Shown one piece after another: positions 1-9,453 of a DNA stretch of 45,847 nt. Source of the stretch: a virus; the UHGV virus genome UHGV-0097969, one strand, 5' to 3'. Each line of letters begins with the position of its first letter. Positions within the stretch are counted from its first letter, which is position 1. Under the pieces are notes generated by a model. It had not been told where the DNA came from and did not search any database. It worked only from the letters and a program-made list of their open reading frames with translations. Position numbers and translations under genes: made by a program.

Positions 1-1346
1 TTTACCGTTTCCTGCAAACCGAGGTATTCGATAACGGCAGCAACGGTCGATTTCGCAAGAATATCCCGCCCGACTTTTGTCAGAGTTGCCAAGCTGGCGA
101 CATCATTCCCCGTAAAATACGGAAACCTGTCTGCCGCAGTAGCAAGCCCGGCCAGCGCCGTCAGGGTGGCATCTTTCGGTTGCTTACCCGCAAGCGCGTT
201 AGTCATGGTGGTCGCAAAATTCGGGTCGTTGCCCAACGCCGCAGCCAGCTCGTTTAGCGTATTCAGTGCGTCAGGCGACGAGTCCACGAGGGCAGCGATC
301 GCAGCCATAACATAAGCCGTGCTTGCGATCTGAGTATTGTTAGTACCTTTTGGCGCAGTTGGTGTTGTTGGTGTTCCGCTCAGCGCCGGACTGTTCAGGG
401 GCGCTTTCTTGTTCGTTTCATCCATTACCACCTTTACAGCTTTTGATGTCGCGGCCAGTGTTTCAGACGTGCTGTTGGTGGCGCTACTGAGCTGAACAAT
501 CCCTTTTCGCGCTGTGGTAGCGTCCTGTGCGGTGTATTTAGCGTTAGCAAGGTCATATGCTGCCTTTACCGCCTTTGGCGTTGCTGCCAGCGTCTCAGAA
601 TCGCTGTTAGTTGCGCTACTAAGCTGAACAATCCCTTTTCGCGCCGTGGTAGCGTCCTGTGCGGTGTATTTAGCGTTAGCCAGGTCATATGCTGCCTTAA
701 CAGCCTTAGGCGTCGCAGCAAGCGTTTCAGACGTGCTATTGGTGGCGCTGCTAAGTTGAACAAAGCCTTTTGAGGTTAAAGTTGCATCAGGATGATTACG
801 TGATTGCTCATGTTTCACAATGGCTTGCTTAAGCCGCTTTGCTGAAACAGCAAGGGAATCATCTGTACCTGCATCAATTTCTTGTTCATTAGCAAATCTT
901 GCAACCCCAACAACAGTTTCGGTCGCGGGAGGATTAATAAACTCAATATCACCAAATGTAATATTTTTAGTATCAAGAGTCTTAATTGCTATGTCACTTG
1001 ATATTAAAGCAATAGTAGATGATGCTTTATTTATTATTACTTGTTCTTGCGAGTATACAGCAAACAACGTTCCCTTATTTGTATACAATCCTATTGTATG
1101 GACAACATACTCATCTTTACTATCATCCTTCGCCGTTACATGAATTGTATCAGGGGAAACAACTTTGCCACCTATTGTGGTAAGTCGTTTTATTTCGTCT
1201 GTTATATTTGTCTGTGAGGTTGACGTGACATAATATCTACTACCTAAACCAACAGAAACAATCTCAACTTTATTTGTTCCTGTTTTGTTGGCATTAACCA
1301 ACTCCTGACGCCCGGCGTCAGTCATCGTAAATAATAATTTACTCAC
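1..1346 (-). CDS. tail fibre protein, P2 gpH / Mu S-like; N-terminal constant part only, C-terminus lies beyond the window start
   Basis: Probable GTG start at 1346 with AAGGAA 6 nt upstream (ATG at 1325 in frame); N-terminus MSKLLFTMTDAG resembles P2 H; conserved ...FPYFTGNDVASLATLTKVGRDILAKSTVAAVIEYLGLQETV at the crossover junction; open at window edge. Confidence 0.85.
   Translation of the reverse strand, partial: MSKLLFTMTDAGRQELVNANKTGTNKVEIVSVGLGSRYYVTSTSQTNITDEIKRLTTIGGKVVSPDTIHVTAKDDSKDEYVVHTIGLYTNKGTLFAVYSQEQVIINKASSTIALISSDIAIKTLDTKNITFGDIEFINPPATETVVGVARFANEQEIDAGTDDSLAVSAKRLKQAIVKHEQSRNHPDATLTSKGFVQLSSATNSTSETLAATPKAVKAAYDLANAKYTAQDATTARKGIVQLSSATNSDSETLAATPKAVKAAYDLANAKYTAQDATTARKGIVQLSSATNSTSETLAATSKAVKVVMDETNKKAPLNSPALSGTPTTPTAPKGTNNTQIASTAYVMAAIAALVDSSPDALNTLNELAAALGNDPNFATTMTNALAGKQPKDATLTALAGLATAADRFPYFTGNDVASLATLTKVGRDILAKSTVAAVIEYLGLQETV
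9..34. other. gix/cix-like invertase crossover site A (TTCCTGCAAACC GA GGTATTCGATAA) inside the tail fibre gene
   Basis: Two 12-bp half-sites around a central dinucleotide, matching the gix/hix/cix pattern as recalled; bases 1-24 are the exact reverse complement of 45824-45847. Confidence 0.6.
440..770. repeat. 132-bp in-frame tandem repeats (about 2.5 copies) inside the tail fibre gene
   Basis: Copies at 481-612 and 613-744 nearly identical, partial copies either side; encode 44-aa units (KGIVQLSSATNSxSETLAATPKAVKAAYDLANAKYTAQDATTAR). Confidence 0.85.
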
Positions 1347-1376
1347 GCTTAATTCCTTGAATTAACAAATTGCGAA

Positions 1377-1958
1377 TTAGCACTCGCCAATTAATCGTAC
1401 ATAGGACACCGGCTGACAAGCACCAACAATACCAACACCACCAGAAACATTGGCAGCTTGCGAAAATGTAAATAATGTTCTTGCCGACTTTGCGCTCTTG
1501 ATACTTCTTAACGTATCTTCCAACATCTCTTTCGAAGGAACGGCACCATCAAAAGAGTTAATCGAAGCAACAATTGAGGCTGTATATGGTTCGCCAGGTG
1601 GTGATGTTTCAAACCATTCTGTTATGTTTACCTCTCCACCCAAGCTATTTACTACATCTTCAACCGCTGCCCTTGTACCCTTTATTCGCTTTGTTCGTAT
1701 TATTGATTTAAAAACAGAACGCTTTAACGATACAGGCCAACTATCCCTCCATGTATCAGCATTCCATTGCCAGGCTAAATGATCGAGAACAACTGAGTCC
1801 AGGTTATCAACAACGCTATATATTTCTGTCTTATATATTAAATTGTTAATTGCTTGTAGTTCATCATCGATAGCTTTCGACATAGCTATCACGTTGGGAT
1901 CTCTAGCTAAGTTAGGAGGTAAAACATCCAACAAGCTAACATTAAAGATATCAGCCAT
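1377..1958 (-). CDS. tail protein, P2 gpI-like
   Basis: Size and position between baseplate J and tail fibre; family-level recognition only. Confidence 0.5.
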   Translation of the reverse strand: MADIFNVSLLDVLPPNLARDPNVIAMSKAIDDELQAINNLIYKTEIYSVVDNLDSVVLDHLAWQWNADTWRDSWPVSLKRSVFKSIIRTKRIKGTRAAVEDVVNSLGGEVNITEWFETSPPGEPYTASIVASINSFDGAVPSKEMLEDTLRSIKSAKSARTLFTFSQAANVSGGVGIVGACQPVSYVRLIGEC

Positions 1959-3075
1959 CCTCTAACCCCGCATACTGGCAATTTACATTTCTCTCTCTGG
2001 CGACCTGCGTCTCTCCAACCACAGTAAATACAGGACTTGATATTTCTAATCTTTTAGCCCCGGCATTTTTTAAACGTTGAATAATTTCATCTGGATTTAT
2101 ATCTCTTCCCATAACCGAACGTTGCCATTGTTTATACTCATCAATAGCTTTCTCAACCTCACTTTGAATTAATGTTGTTCTGTTTTTGTCCGATGAGTTA
2201 ATCCAGTATTTAATTATTATATCGTATTCAATGCTCTCTGGTTTCTTAACAAGAACTTTATCTGTGAATGGTCGAATATTAGTTGCAGAGAGAACGCTAT
2301 TTATCTGCTCCAATAGTTCATCAGAAGGTATATCTCCGTTCTCTAACAAAGAACGGATTTCTACAGTTCCGGGCGATGGTGTATATACATTCACATCTTT
2401 TATATTCTGATTGGCTGTTCTTGTCCAATATTTATAAGAATCCTCCGGCCCTGCTGTAGACAGTTTTTCCGGCGACAGTTTTATTCTTTCAGCATAATTA
2501 TCATCTGACTCTGTATCAGCACCAGAATTAGATGTTGTTAGATTCCTTACGCTGGAAATATACGGCAACGGAGTCACCAACTCATTTATTTGCCCTGGTA
2601 AAAAGCCATTCCCCGATAAACCAGGTATAACAGCATATCCTGAGACTGTACCAACTGTTTTCCCAGCAGGTATTTCCAACAAAACATCTGTTTGGAAAAT
2701 AACACCATTTCCAGTTGAAACTTGAGTGCCAGAAGGTATTGTATATATCCCCGATAATTTTGTTGACAGATTAAACTCAAATGTAGTCAAGGCAGATTGA
2801 GCTTCCAGCCTAGGCGTATCCGTCAGATAGCCTATATGATCGAGATATTCACCCCCACCATATGTAAGAAGGTTTTGTTTTGCAGAAAAATCGATAGCTT
2901 TTCTTTGCTGTATAATAATCTCACACAATGACAAGATGAATAATCTACGTGGATCAGCAGGTGCTAATGTTTCACCTGTTATACTCTCAAAAGCCCTGAT
3001 TGAACGAGTTGTTATATCAGTCGGGTTAGAATCTGCGAAAGTAATATCTGGCAAACCACCGCGCGGCAACGTCAT
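1951..3075 (-). CDS. baseplate J-like protein
   Basis: 374-aa ORF directly downstream of gpW-like gene, 4-nt overlap with neighbours; conserved order W-J-I-H. Confidence 0.65.
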   Translation of the reverse strand: MTLPRGGLPDITFADSNPTDITTRSIRAFESITGETLAPADPRRLFILSLCEIIIQQRKAIDFSAKQNLLTYGGGEYLDHIGYLTDTPRLEAQSALTTFEFNLSTKLSGIYTIPSGTQVSTGNGVIFQTDVLLEIPAGKTVGTVSGYAVIPGLSGNGFLPGQINELVTPLPYISSVRNLTTSNSGADTESDDNYAERIKLSPEKLSTAGPEDSYKYWTRTANQNIKDVNVYTPSPGTVEIRSLLENGDIPSDELLEQINSVLSATNIRPFTDKVLVKKPESIEYDIIIKYWINSSDKNRTTLIQSEVEKAIDEYKQWQRSVMGRDINPDEIIQRLKNAGAKRLEISSPVFTVVGETQVARERNVNCQYAGLEDG

Positions 3076-3392
3076 TCTCTAACTCCTATCACAAGTTTTG
3101 GCCTAATAAAACCATCAGAAACGTCCGTTCTTTCAAAAGTAACAGAATGGATAATCGCTCTAGGCTCAAACTCACTAATTTTTTGAATTATTTCTCGTGT
3201 TGCTGTAGCAATAAAAATTGGGCTGGGGCTGTCAACAAGACTTGAATTAACTCCTAATTTTCTGGCATATGGTACAGTGCCAATCTGAGTATTAATAATA
3301 GTAGAGACATTTTGCAAAACTTCTTCTACAACTGTTTTGGGCGACCAATCAATCGAGTAAGAAGGTGATGATATGGTAAACGTATTATTCAT
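3072..3392 (-). CDS. baseplate wedge protein, gpW/gp25-like
   Basis: 106-aa ORF translationally coupled to J; size and position. Confidence 0.55.
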   Translation of the reverse strand: MNNTFTISSPSYSIDWSPKTVVEEVLQNVSTIINTQIGTVPYARKLGVNSSLVDSPSPIFIATATREIIQKISEFEPRAIIHSVTFERTDVSDGFIRPKLVIGVRE

Positions 3393-3856
3393 AATAATTT
3401 ACCTAACGCACTTCTAGTTTTTGACTCTATATTGCCAGCAATATCAACTAATGCTTCTTTCAGAGAGGTCTGTCCGACTTCCTGTAATTTAATGCCGACG
3501 ATAATCACTCGTGGATTCCCAGTTGGACCGAAATAAGTCCATGATTCCTCTATATCTGTAATTATAAAATTACCAAAATACTGAATACCAATTACAACAG
3601 GATTTACTTCCTGAATTGATTGCATTATCCTAAGTAATGAAAGCGCAGCCAATGGAACAATGCCAAGTGTTGTATCCAACCGCATATTAAAACTAACTTC
3701 ATCCAGATCTGGACCTATATCCTCCAGAACAGGTTTAAGCCCAATAACATCATGGCGCGCTACACGACGCTTTGACGTCCTTTTAAAATTGTTGAACGTA
3801 TTCACCACTATTGATGAGGCAACAAAAGGCATTGTACCAAGCATACCCACAATCAT
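3389..3856 (-). CDS. baseplate/tail-associated protein (Mu gp46-like?)
   Basis: 155-aa ORF between spike and W-like genes, coupled overlaps; identity uncertain. Confidence 0.35.
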   Translation of the reverse strand: MIVGMLGTMPFVASSIVVNTFNNFKRTSKRRVARHDVIGLKPVLEDIGPDLDEVSFNMRLDTTLGIVPLAALSLLRIMQSIQEVNPVVIGIQYFGNFIITDIEESWTYFGPTGNPRVIIVGIKLQEVGQTSLKEALVDIAGNIESKTRSALGKLL

Positions 3857-4473
3857 GCCTGAGCCTCCGTTGTCGGAGCGTATTCCCCCTGAGCTGTGTG
3901 ATGGTGGCCTTTAGATTTAATCCCATCAACATCTATATCACCACCAACAACCTTAACATCCCCAGAAATTGTAGCTGCAACACCTCCAGCAGAAGATCCT
4001 TTCATTCCACCTTTGAAGGTTAGTAATCCTTCAACTGTAGCATTTCCGGTAATGATGGTTTCTGGAGCATCAATAGTTACGGTTCCTGTAGCCTTAACGG
4101 TTACATCTCCGACAGCATCAACAAGGAGTAAATTAGATTCTCTGTCTACCTCAATACGAGTTCCGTTATTAAATCTAATGACGCGTTTATTAACCGTATT
4201 AGATGGTGGCTTCTGTGTTTCATCATAAAAACTACCAAGAATAAAACCTTGTTGCGGCCCTGCGGGATGAAAGATACACAAAACTTGCTCACCAATATCT
4301 GGCATCCAGTAATCAGCATTCTTATCCGTATTTTTCACAATAACTGATAACTTTGCCGAAGTGACGTTATCCTGATCATCGAAAGTAACTCTTGCTGTAA
4401 CATCACCATCATCAATATCAGAAACAACGCCAACTCTTATAGTCTGACGTAATAATGTTTCTAAATCATTCAT
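3853..4473 (-). CDS. baseplate assembly protein V (central spike)
   Basis: 206 aa; N-terminal OB-fold-like region and Gly-rich C-terminal beta-helix-like tail; position after gpD-like gene. Confidence 0.65.
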   Translation of the reverse strand: MNDLETLLRQTIRVGVVSDIDDGDVTARVTFDDQDNVTSAKLSVIVKNTDKNADYWMPDIGEQVLCIFHPAGPQQGFILGSFYDETQKPPSNTVNKRVIRFNNGTRIEVDRESNLLLVDAVGDVTVKATGTVTIDAPETIITGNATVEGLLTFKGGMKGSSAGGVAATISGDVKVVGGDIDVDGIKSKGHHHTAQGEYAPTTEAQA

Positions 4474-4475
4474 AA

Positions 4476-5477
4476 TTAATACCCATTAATTACTCTTCGG
4501 ACATCAATCGAGGTGGTATAACCACTAGCCCCAATTGAATGCACAGCTTTCGATATAAGATATTTTCCAGAAAATGAACCGAATCCGTCCAGATTTATAG
4601 TTACACCAGCTACCAATCTGGTGTCTCCAACCAATACTAAAGATCCTGTATTTTGATATCTATTTTTAAGCCGCAAAGCAGCCTTTGCCTTACGTTTTGC
4701 TTCATCTAAATTAGCTACCAGTTTTCTTATCTTAAGATTCGACCCTTCTTCTACGGATGGATCTACCCAAGTATACGAAAGCGACTTTCTTTTTTTAGGT
4801 ACGCGATATTTGCACGTGCAACTTTTATACAAATCTGTAGATTGTGTGCTAAAGCTATATCTGATTATCTCATCAATACCTAACGTAAGCGTAGCGATAG
4901 GATTTTTTTGCTCAAACATCTCTTGAGCAAATATTATTAATTGGCTATCAGTGACCTTTAACGACAACCCTTCATCCTGGCAAAGTCGATGGAGAAATTT
5001 TAAATCGCTTTCCTCCATTTGATCTTCACGCGCATAATATGGATTACTATCACCATCAATAAGAAACAACAGTTCAAGGTTAGCTAATTTAGCTATAGAA
5101 GTTGCTATATCTTTAAGAGTTGTTTTTTCCCATGCATTACTTTTTAAATCACGTCTAATGCCTGATGAAACAGGAACAGAAACAGCAGTCACCTCAACAA
5201 CAGAAGGTGGTCCAGAGCAAGTTATGCCATCTACCTGGAATTTCCCGCACTCAAGGACGATTTGATTTATAGGCTTAAAGCTCAAATCAATAAAATCACC
5301 CTTTTTAGGTGTCCAGTCTCCAGACCATTTCCCATCATCATTTTTTAATATAATAGAAATATCATCGACCTGACCATCTTCATTATCTGTATAAGACATT
5401 GACAAAACATCAGGTGACATATGAGCGGTAATATTTACATTCTGATATATAACATCAAAAAGCGTTTTACGTAACAC
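4476..5477 (-). CDS. tail protein, late control gene D-like (baseplate hub)
   Basis: 333 aa, position between X-like and V-like genes. Confidence 0.55.
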   Translation of the reverse strand: MLRKTLFDVIYQNVNITAHMSPDVLSMSYTDNEDGQVDDISIILKNDDGKWSGDWTPKKGDFIDLSFKPINQIVLECGKFQVDGITCSGPPSVVEVTAVSVPVSSGIRRDLKSNAWEKTTLKDIATSIAKLANLELLFLIDGDSNPYYAREDQMEESDLKFLHRLCQDEGLSLKVTDSQLIIFAQEMFEQKNPIATLTLGIDEIIRYSFSTQSTDLYKSCTCKYRVPKKRKSLSYTWVDPSVEEGSNLKIRKLVANLDEAKRKAKAALRLKNRYQNTGSLVLVGDTRLVAGVTINLDGFGSFSGKYLISKAVHSIGASGYTTSIDVRRVINGY

Positions 5478-5685
5478 TATTGCGTCTCCACGGAGGCAAA
5501 TTGTTTACTGATATTGGCATAACCGGAGCATCAGGAACTTTAAGAATAATTCCCGCAGAAAAAAGCACCGTAAAGCGGTGCTCAGTATTAGCATCAATAA
5601 GAAGATAAGACAGGTACTCATTACCATACAACTTTAACGCGATACTATCCCATGAGTCCCCTTGAACCGTTCTATAATCATCCAA
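5467..5685 (-). CDS. tail protein X-like (LysM-like)
   Basis: 72 aa; MDDYRTVQGDSWDSIALKLYGN... resembles P2 gpX LysM-like fold. Confidence 0.5.
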   Translation of the reverse strand: MDDYRTVQGDSWDSIALKLYGNEYLSYLLIDANTEHRFTVLFSAGIILKVPDAPVMPISVNNLPPWRRNSVT

Positions 5686-8470
5686 AACTTAATCTCCGTT
5701 GTTGGAACATATGAGCACTCAATTTCTTCTCAAAATCAGAATATCCCGCATCTAATGCTCTTTTAGCTGCCGCCTCAGTTTCCTTTGGTGAACCAGCCGG
5801 AAGATTGATTACAGGTGAATAGGTTATTCCACCAGTCACAGCGTTAACGTTCTGGCGAGGTCCAGAAGTCCCGGCGGCAGATATTCCGTGAGGTGATAAA
5901 TTTGATTGCCCGAACTTGGTTGCTATTGCATTCTGTAAGCTGTTATTCCTGCTAACACCTGATGCCAGAGTAGTCATTATTGCACCACCTGACTTTGTTA
6001 GCTGTGAGAATGGACCTTTTTTCGCGTCAGAGAACGGTAAATACTCACGTACAGAAGAAAAAACGCCTTTCACTTCATTAATTAAAGCATTTGCTTTTGA
6101 TTTTATCCCAGTGATTAACGTCTCAATTATTTTTGCACCTGACTCACTCCAGTTTATTCCAGATAAATAAGCCGTTACAGATTGGAATGCTCTTATAAAG
6201 AGTCCAACTGGTGAAAAACGCATAAAAACAGATACCAGTGTATCTATGATTTTCTTTCCTGTTTCGCTCCAGTTAATGCCAGAAAGGTAATTTGTTGTAA
6301 GTTTAAATGCTTTAATTAAGAACGGAAGCGGAGACATCCATTTAAAAGCACTAATTAATGTACTGTAAATTCTTACTCCTGCCGAACTCCAGTTTATGTT
6401 GGAAAGATAATCCCATGCTTTACCAAACATAGATATAATCCATCCATTGAGGTCAAAGTTTAAGATAAAGTTTTTTATAGCCTCAAATGATTTAACTGTA
6501 TATTCCTTAACAGAAGGCCAAACTCTGACAGCATAATCTCTGATCTTATCCCAATTCTGATAGAGCAATATTCCTGCGGCAACCAGTGCAGATATAGCCA
6601 TCTGAATCCACCCGAAGGGTGTTAGCTTTGTCGCTACAGATAAAGCCAGCATAGCTACCCTACACGCTATAACCACACTTTTCATGGTTAGAAACGCACC
6701 TGCCGCCATCACAATCTGAGACACAAAATTGGGGTTGTTAGCTACAAATTCACTAATTTTTGTAATCAGCGGAACCAAAACACTAAGCGCGGCATTCAAA
6801 GCTGGTTGCAAGGCCTGACCAAAACTTAATGATGCATTGCTAGCCTGAATACGTAATTGTTTCAATCGCTCCGCATTGTCTTTCGTTATGTTGGCAAAAT
6901 CGCGGTCAATAACAGCACTTCCAGCCCCAAGAGATGTTGCTTTGATTCTCTGGTATTCCTTCCAGTTTTGAATCATCGGACGAACAAAGTTCTGAACCTG
7001 CATATCGCCAAATAGCTCACCAAGTAACTTCTGATCTCCGTTCTTAGTCATTTTCATGACAGAATGCATTGCAGCTTCGAATGGATTCTTCCCTTTTTTC
7101 TGCGCTGTTGTGACAATTTTATATAAATCTACACCGAAATTTTTCTTTGCTTTTTTTAGTGTTTCAGGGGAAAGTATTTTCGCCAAAAAGTTGTTCATAT
7201 TATTAGCAGCCTCATCCGAAGTTGCAGCACCTTTGCGAGCTATCTGCAAAGCTGCCCCCATCGTCGCGGCGGCTTCTTTACCTCCCATTTTTAATGCCTG
7301 GAACTGAGCACCAAGCACAGGAAGATTTTTGGCCATATCTTTAAATTCAAAGTTTCCCTCTTTCCCTGCCTGAACCAGAATCCCCATTGCAGACTTCATT
7401 TGAGATGGATCAATCTTCAATGAGTCACTTAATGTAAATGATGCTTTCGAGACATCGAGGATATCAGAGCCAGTAGCTGTAGCTGTTCGCCCAATAGTTA
7501 GTAGATTCGCCTGAGCCTCTTTATAATCCTGCCCAGCAGCGACGAGAAAACCCTGAGCGGCCTGAATATCAGATGCAAACTGGTTGGTGGCCGTTCCGGT
7601 AACAAGCATCGCCTGCCCCATCGCCTGAACTTCTTCCGGCTTCATATCTGCCGTAAGACCAATCATTTTGTTTTCACGATTGAAATTTGCTGCATTGTTA
7701 GCAGCAGCAAATGCACCAGCCGCTACAGCACCAGTTTGTAATCCTGACCTTACAAGTTGACTCTTTGCCTCACCAAGATGCTCTCGCTTCAATTCACGCT
7801 GCCTTTCCAACGCGCGGTTTAACTCCTCCTGAGCACGTTTTACTGCAAGAACATTTTTCCGTGCTTCAGCCAACGCATTTTTATAGCTGTTAATTTTATC
7901 AATACGTTGTTTTTCTAATGCCCGGTTAAGTTCCTCCTGCTGTTTTTTCACTTGCTGAACATTTGCTCTGGCTAAAGCCAAAGCCGTTCTGTAGCGGTTA
8001 ACCTGCTCAACGCTACGGGCCTGAGCCTCACGATTACGATCAATGCTGGCTTTAAGCTCTTTCTCTCTTGAGGCCAAAGCTCTGGCAGATGTATCAGCTC
8101 CCTGATAGGCAGACTTTAAAGCTGCCAGTTCTTCACGCTGAGAACGTAGTGATGCTCGTAAATTCGATGAATGTGTTTTTGCCTTCTCAAAGTCACGAAG
8201 CATCGCTCTGGTTGGATTGGCCGTGTTTTTTATTTGCTTCTGTAACTCTTCAACGCGAGCGGCAGCTTTATGATATTCGAGGGCAGTCTGTCCAACCTTT
8301 ACTTTTACAGATTGTAGCTTTTGAATTTCCCCATGTTCTTTCGTTAATCCAGCAAGCTCGGCATTTAATTTAGCAACAGCCTGATTAGCTGTAGTAAAAC
8401 TTTTGGGGAGAGAGGCGGCAACTTTACCGCCAATTTCAAAAGCCAGCTTAAAGTTCTTATTGCTGGCCAT
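5678..8470 (-). CDS. tail tape measure protein
   Basis: 930 aa, Ala/Gln/Lys-rich coiled-coil N-terminal half, hydrophobic segments, downstream of frameshifted chaperone. Confidence 0.85.
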   Translation of the reverse strand: MASNKNFKLAFEIGGKVAASLPKSFTTANQAVAKLNAELAGLTKEHGEIQKLQSVKVKVGQTALEYHKAAARVEELQKQIKNTANPTRAMLRDFEKAKTHSSNLRASLRSQREELAALKSAYQGADTSARALASREKELKASIDRNREAQARSVEQVNRYRTALALARANVQQVKKQQEELNRALEKQRIDKINSYKNALAEARKNVLAVKRAQEELNRALERQRELKREHLGEAKSQLVRSGLQTGAVAAGAFAAANNAANFNRENKMIGLTADMKPEEVQAMGQAMLVTGTATNQFASDIQAAQGFLVAAGQDYKEAQANLLTIGRTATATGSDILDVSKASFTLSDSLKIDPSQMKSAMGILVQAGKEGNFEFKDMAKNLPVLGAQFQALKMGGKEAAATMGAALQIARKGAATSDEAANNMNNFLAKILSPETLKKAKKNFGVDLYKIVTTAQKKGKNPFEAAMHSVMKMTKNGDQKLLGELFGDMQVQNFVRPMIQNWKEYQRIKATSLGAGSAVIDRDFANITKDNAERLKQLRIQASNASLSFGQALQPALNAALSVLVPLITKISEFVANNPNFVSQIVMAAGAFLTMKSVVIACRVAMLALSVATKLTPFGWIQMAISALVAAGILLYQNWDKIRDYAVRVWPSVKEYTVKSFEAIKNFILNFDLNGWIISMFGKAWDYLSNINWSSAGVRIYSTLISAFKWMSPLPFLIKAFKLTTNYLSGINWSETGKKIIDTLVSVFMRFSPVGLFIRAFQSVTAYLSGINWSESGAKIIETLITGIKSKANALINEVKGVFSSVREYLPFSDAKKGPFSQLTKSGGAIMTTLASGVSRNNSLQNAIATKFGQSNLSPHGISAAGTSGPRQNVNAVTGGITYSPVINLPAGSPKETEAAAKRALDAGYSDFEKKLSAHMFQQRRLSFG

Positions 8471-8475
8471 TAGTA

Positions 8476-8640
8476 TTAATCCTCATTAAACACGTCAATC
8501 CATGCGACGATTCGCCTCAACCGAAGCGAAAGCCAGTAGGATATAGGTGTTGATTGAGATGATTGAGATAGAGAACTCGCGGCCCTCATTATTTGCTTAT
8601 CAATAGGTTTTTGCTCATCAAAACCTACGAGAGCAAAAAA
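8476..8640 (-). CDS. -1 frameshift extension of the tail chaperone (gpE+E'-like)
   Basis: ORF 8476-8658 is in the -1 frame relative to gpE and overlaps its end; reading continues ...FFALVGFDEQ... after the slip. Confidence 0.5.
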   Translation of the reverse strand, partial: FFALVGFDEQKPIDKQIMRAASSLSQSSQSTPISYWLSLRLRRIVAWIDVFNED

Positions 8641-8906
8641 TTCTGTACCTTTTGACAAACTTTAACAAAGTCTTTCGCTGGTAATCCATTCAGATACTCT
8701 ATTGGACGACCAATACAGCGAGCAGCCAAGGCTGCATGGACTTTATTATCAAGTGATGTTTGAACTGAAACATGCCCTTGAGATTGCAGTAAGTCCGATA
8801 CCTCTAAAATATCACTGCCTTTTAGGTTGTCTAAATCAAGGTTGAGTTCAGTCACCGGCTCAAAGTCTTCAAAACGATATTCTTTACTTAATTTAACGGT
8901 TTCCAT
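8625..8906 (-). CDS. tail assembly chaperone, gpE-like
   Basis: 93 aa, ends ...QNFLLS; slippery heptamer near its 3' end; sits between tube and tape measure. Confidence 0.6.
   Translation of the reverse strand: METVKLSKEYRFEDFEPVTELNLDLDNLKGSDILEVSDLLQSQGHVSVQTSLDNKVHAALAARCIGRPIEYLNGLPAKDFVKVCQKVQNFLLS
8634..8640 (-). promoter_or_regulatory. programmed -1 ribosomal frameshift slippery site T TTT TTG
   Basis: Heptamer in X XXY YYZ register in the gpE frame, 2 codons before the gpE stop. Confidence 0.5.
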
Positions 8907-8915
8907 TTTGTCACC

Positions 8916-9437
8916 TTATAAACCTAAATCATCACGAACGCTTTTTAATATATCTTCACCATCAAAGATACAAATAAAGTTCAACTTATCAATTTCCAGG
9001 ACTTCTTTTCCATCAATAAATAATTTGATATAGAGAACTTCAAATTCATTCTCTGAATCAGTAGCCTTTGCCACCTGTAGCGAACCTAAATCCAGTTTTT
9101 TAGGGTTTAGCTTCATTGAAGCCCGAATAGGAACCGTTTTATATTTTCCTGTTCCTGCATCATAAACCTGCTGGCTACCGCGAAAATCTACCTGATGCGA
9201 TGAGGATAGAAATAATTTTGTACCAGCAGAGGTCAGAGTTCGCCATTTAAGAGAGACAGTCATTGGTTTGAAATGCCCCAGCGTTCCGCTCTCAAGCTCT
9301 CCAGCGATACCTGCACCACTAACAGTTTCTGTCATCATCTCAATTGATGGCAGCTTTGCGTCAGCAACACCGATAATACGGTTTCCCTCACCGTATACTG
9401 TAAAGTTAATAAGTCTCTCAGGAATTTGATTGCTCAA
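8916..9437 (-). CDS. tail tube protein
   Basis: 173 aa directly downstream of the sheath gene. Confidence 0.7.
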   Translation of the reverse strand: MSNQIPERLINFTVYGEGNRIIGVADAKLPSIEMMTETVSGAGIAGELESGTLGHFKPMTVSLKWRTLTSAGTKLFLSSSHQVDFRGSQQVYDAGTGKYKTVPIRASMKLNPKKLDLGSLQVAKATDSENEFEVLYIKLFIDGKEVLEIDKLNFICIFDGEDILKSVRDDLGL

Positions 9438-9453
9438 AGCAACCTCCTATTAT

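Noticed and set aside
566-1143. Track ORFs 566-763 (-) and 820-1143 (+)
   Set aside because: Both lie inside or antisense to the tail fibre reading frame, which is continuous from 1346 to 1 and has strong tail-fibre sequence features.
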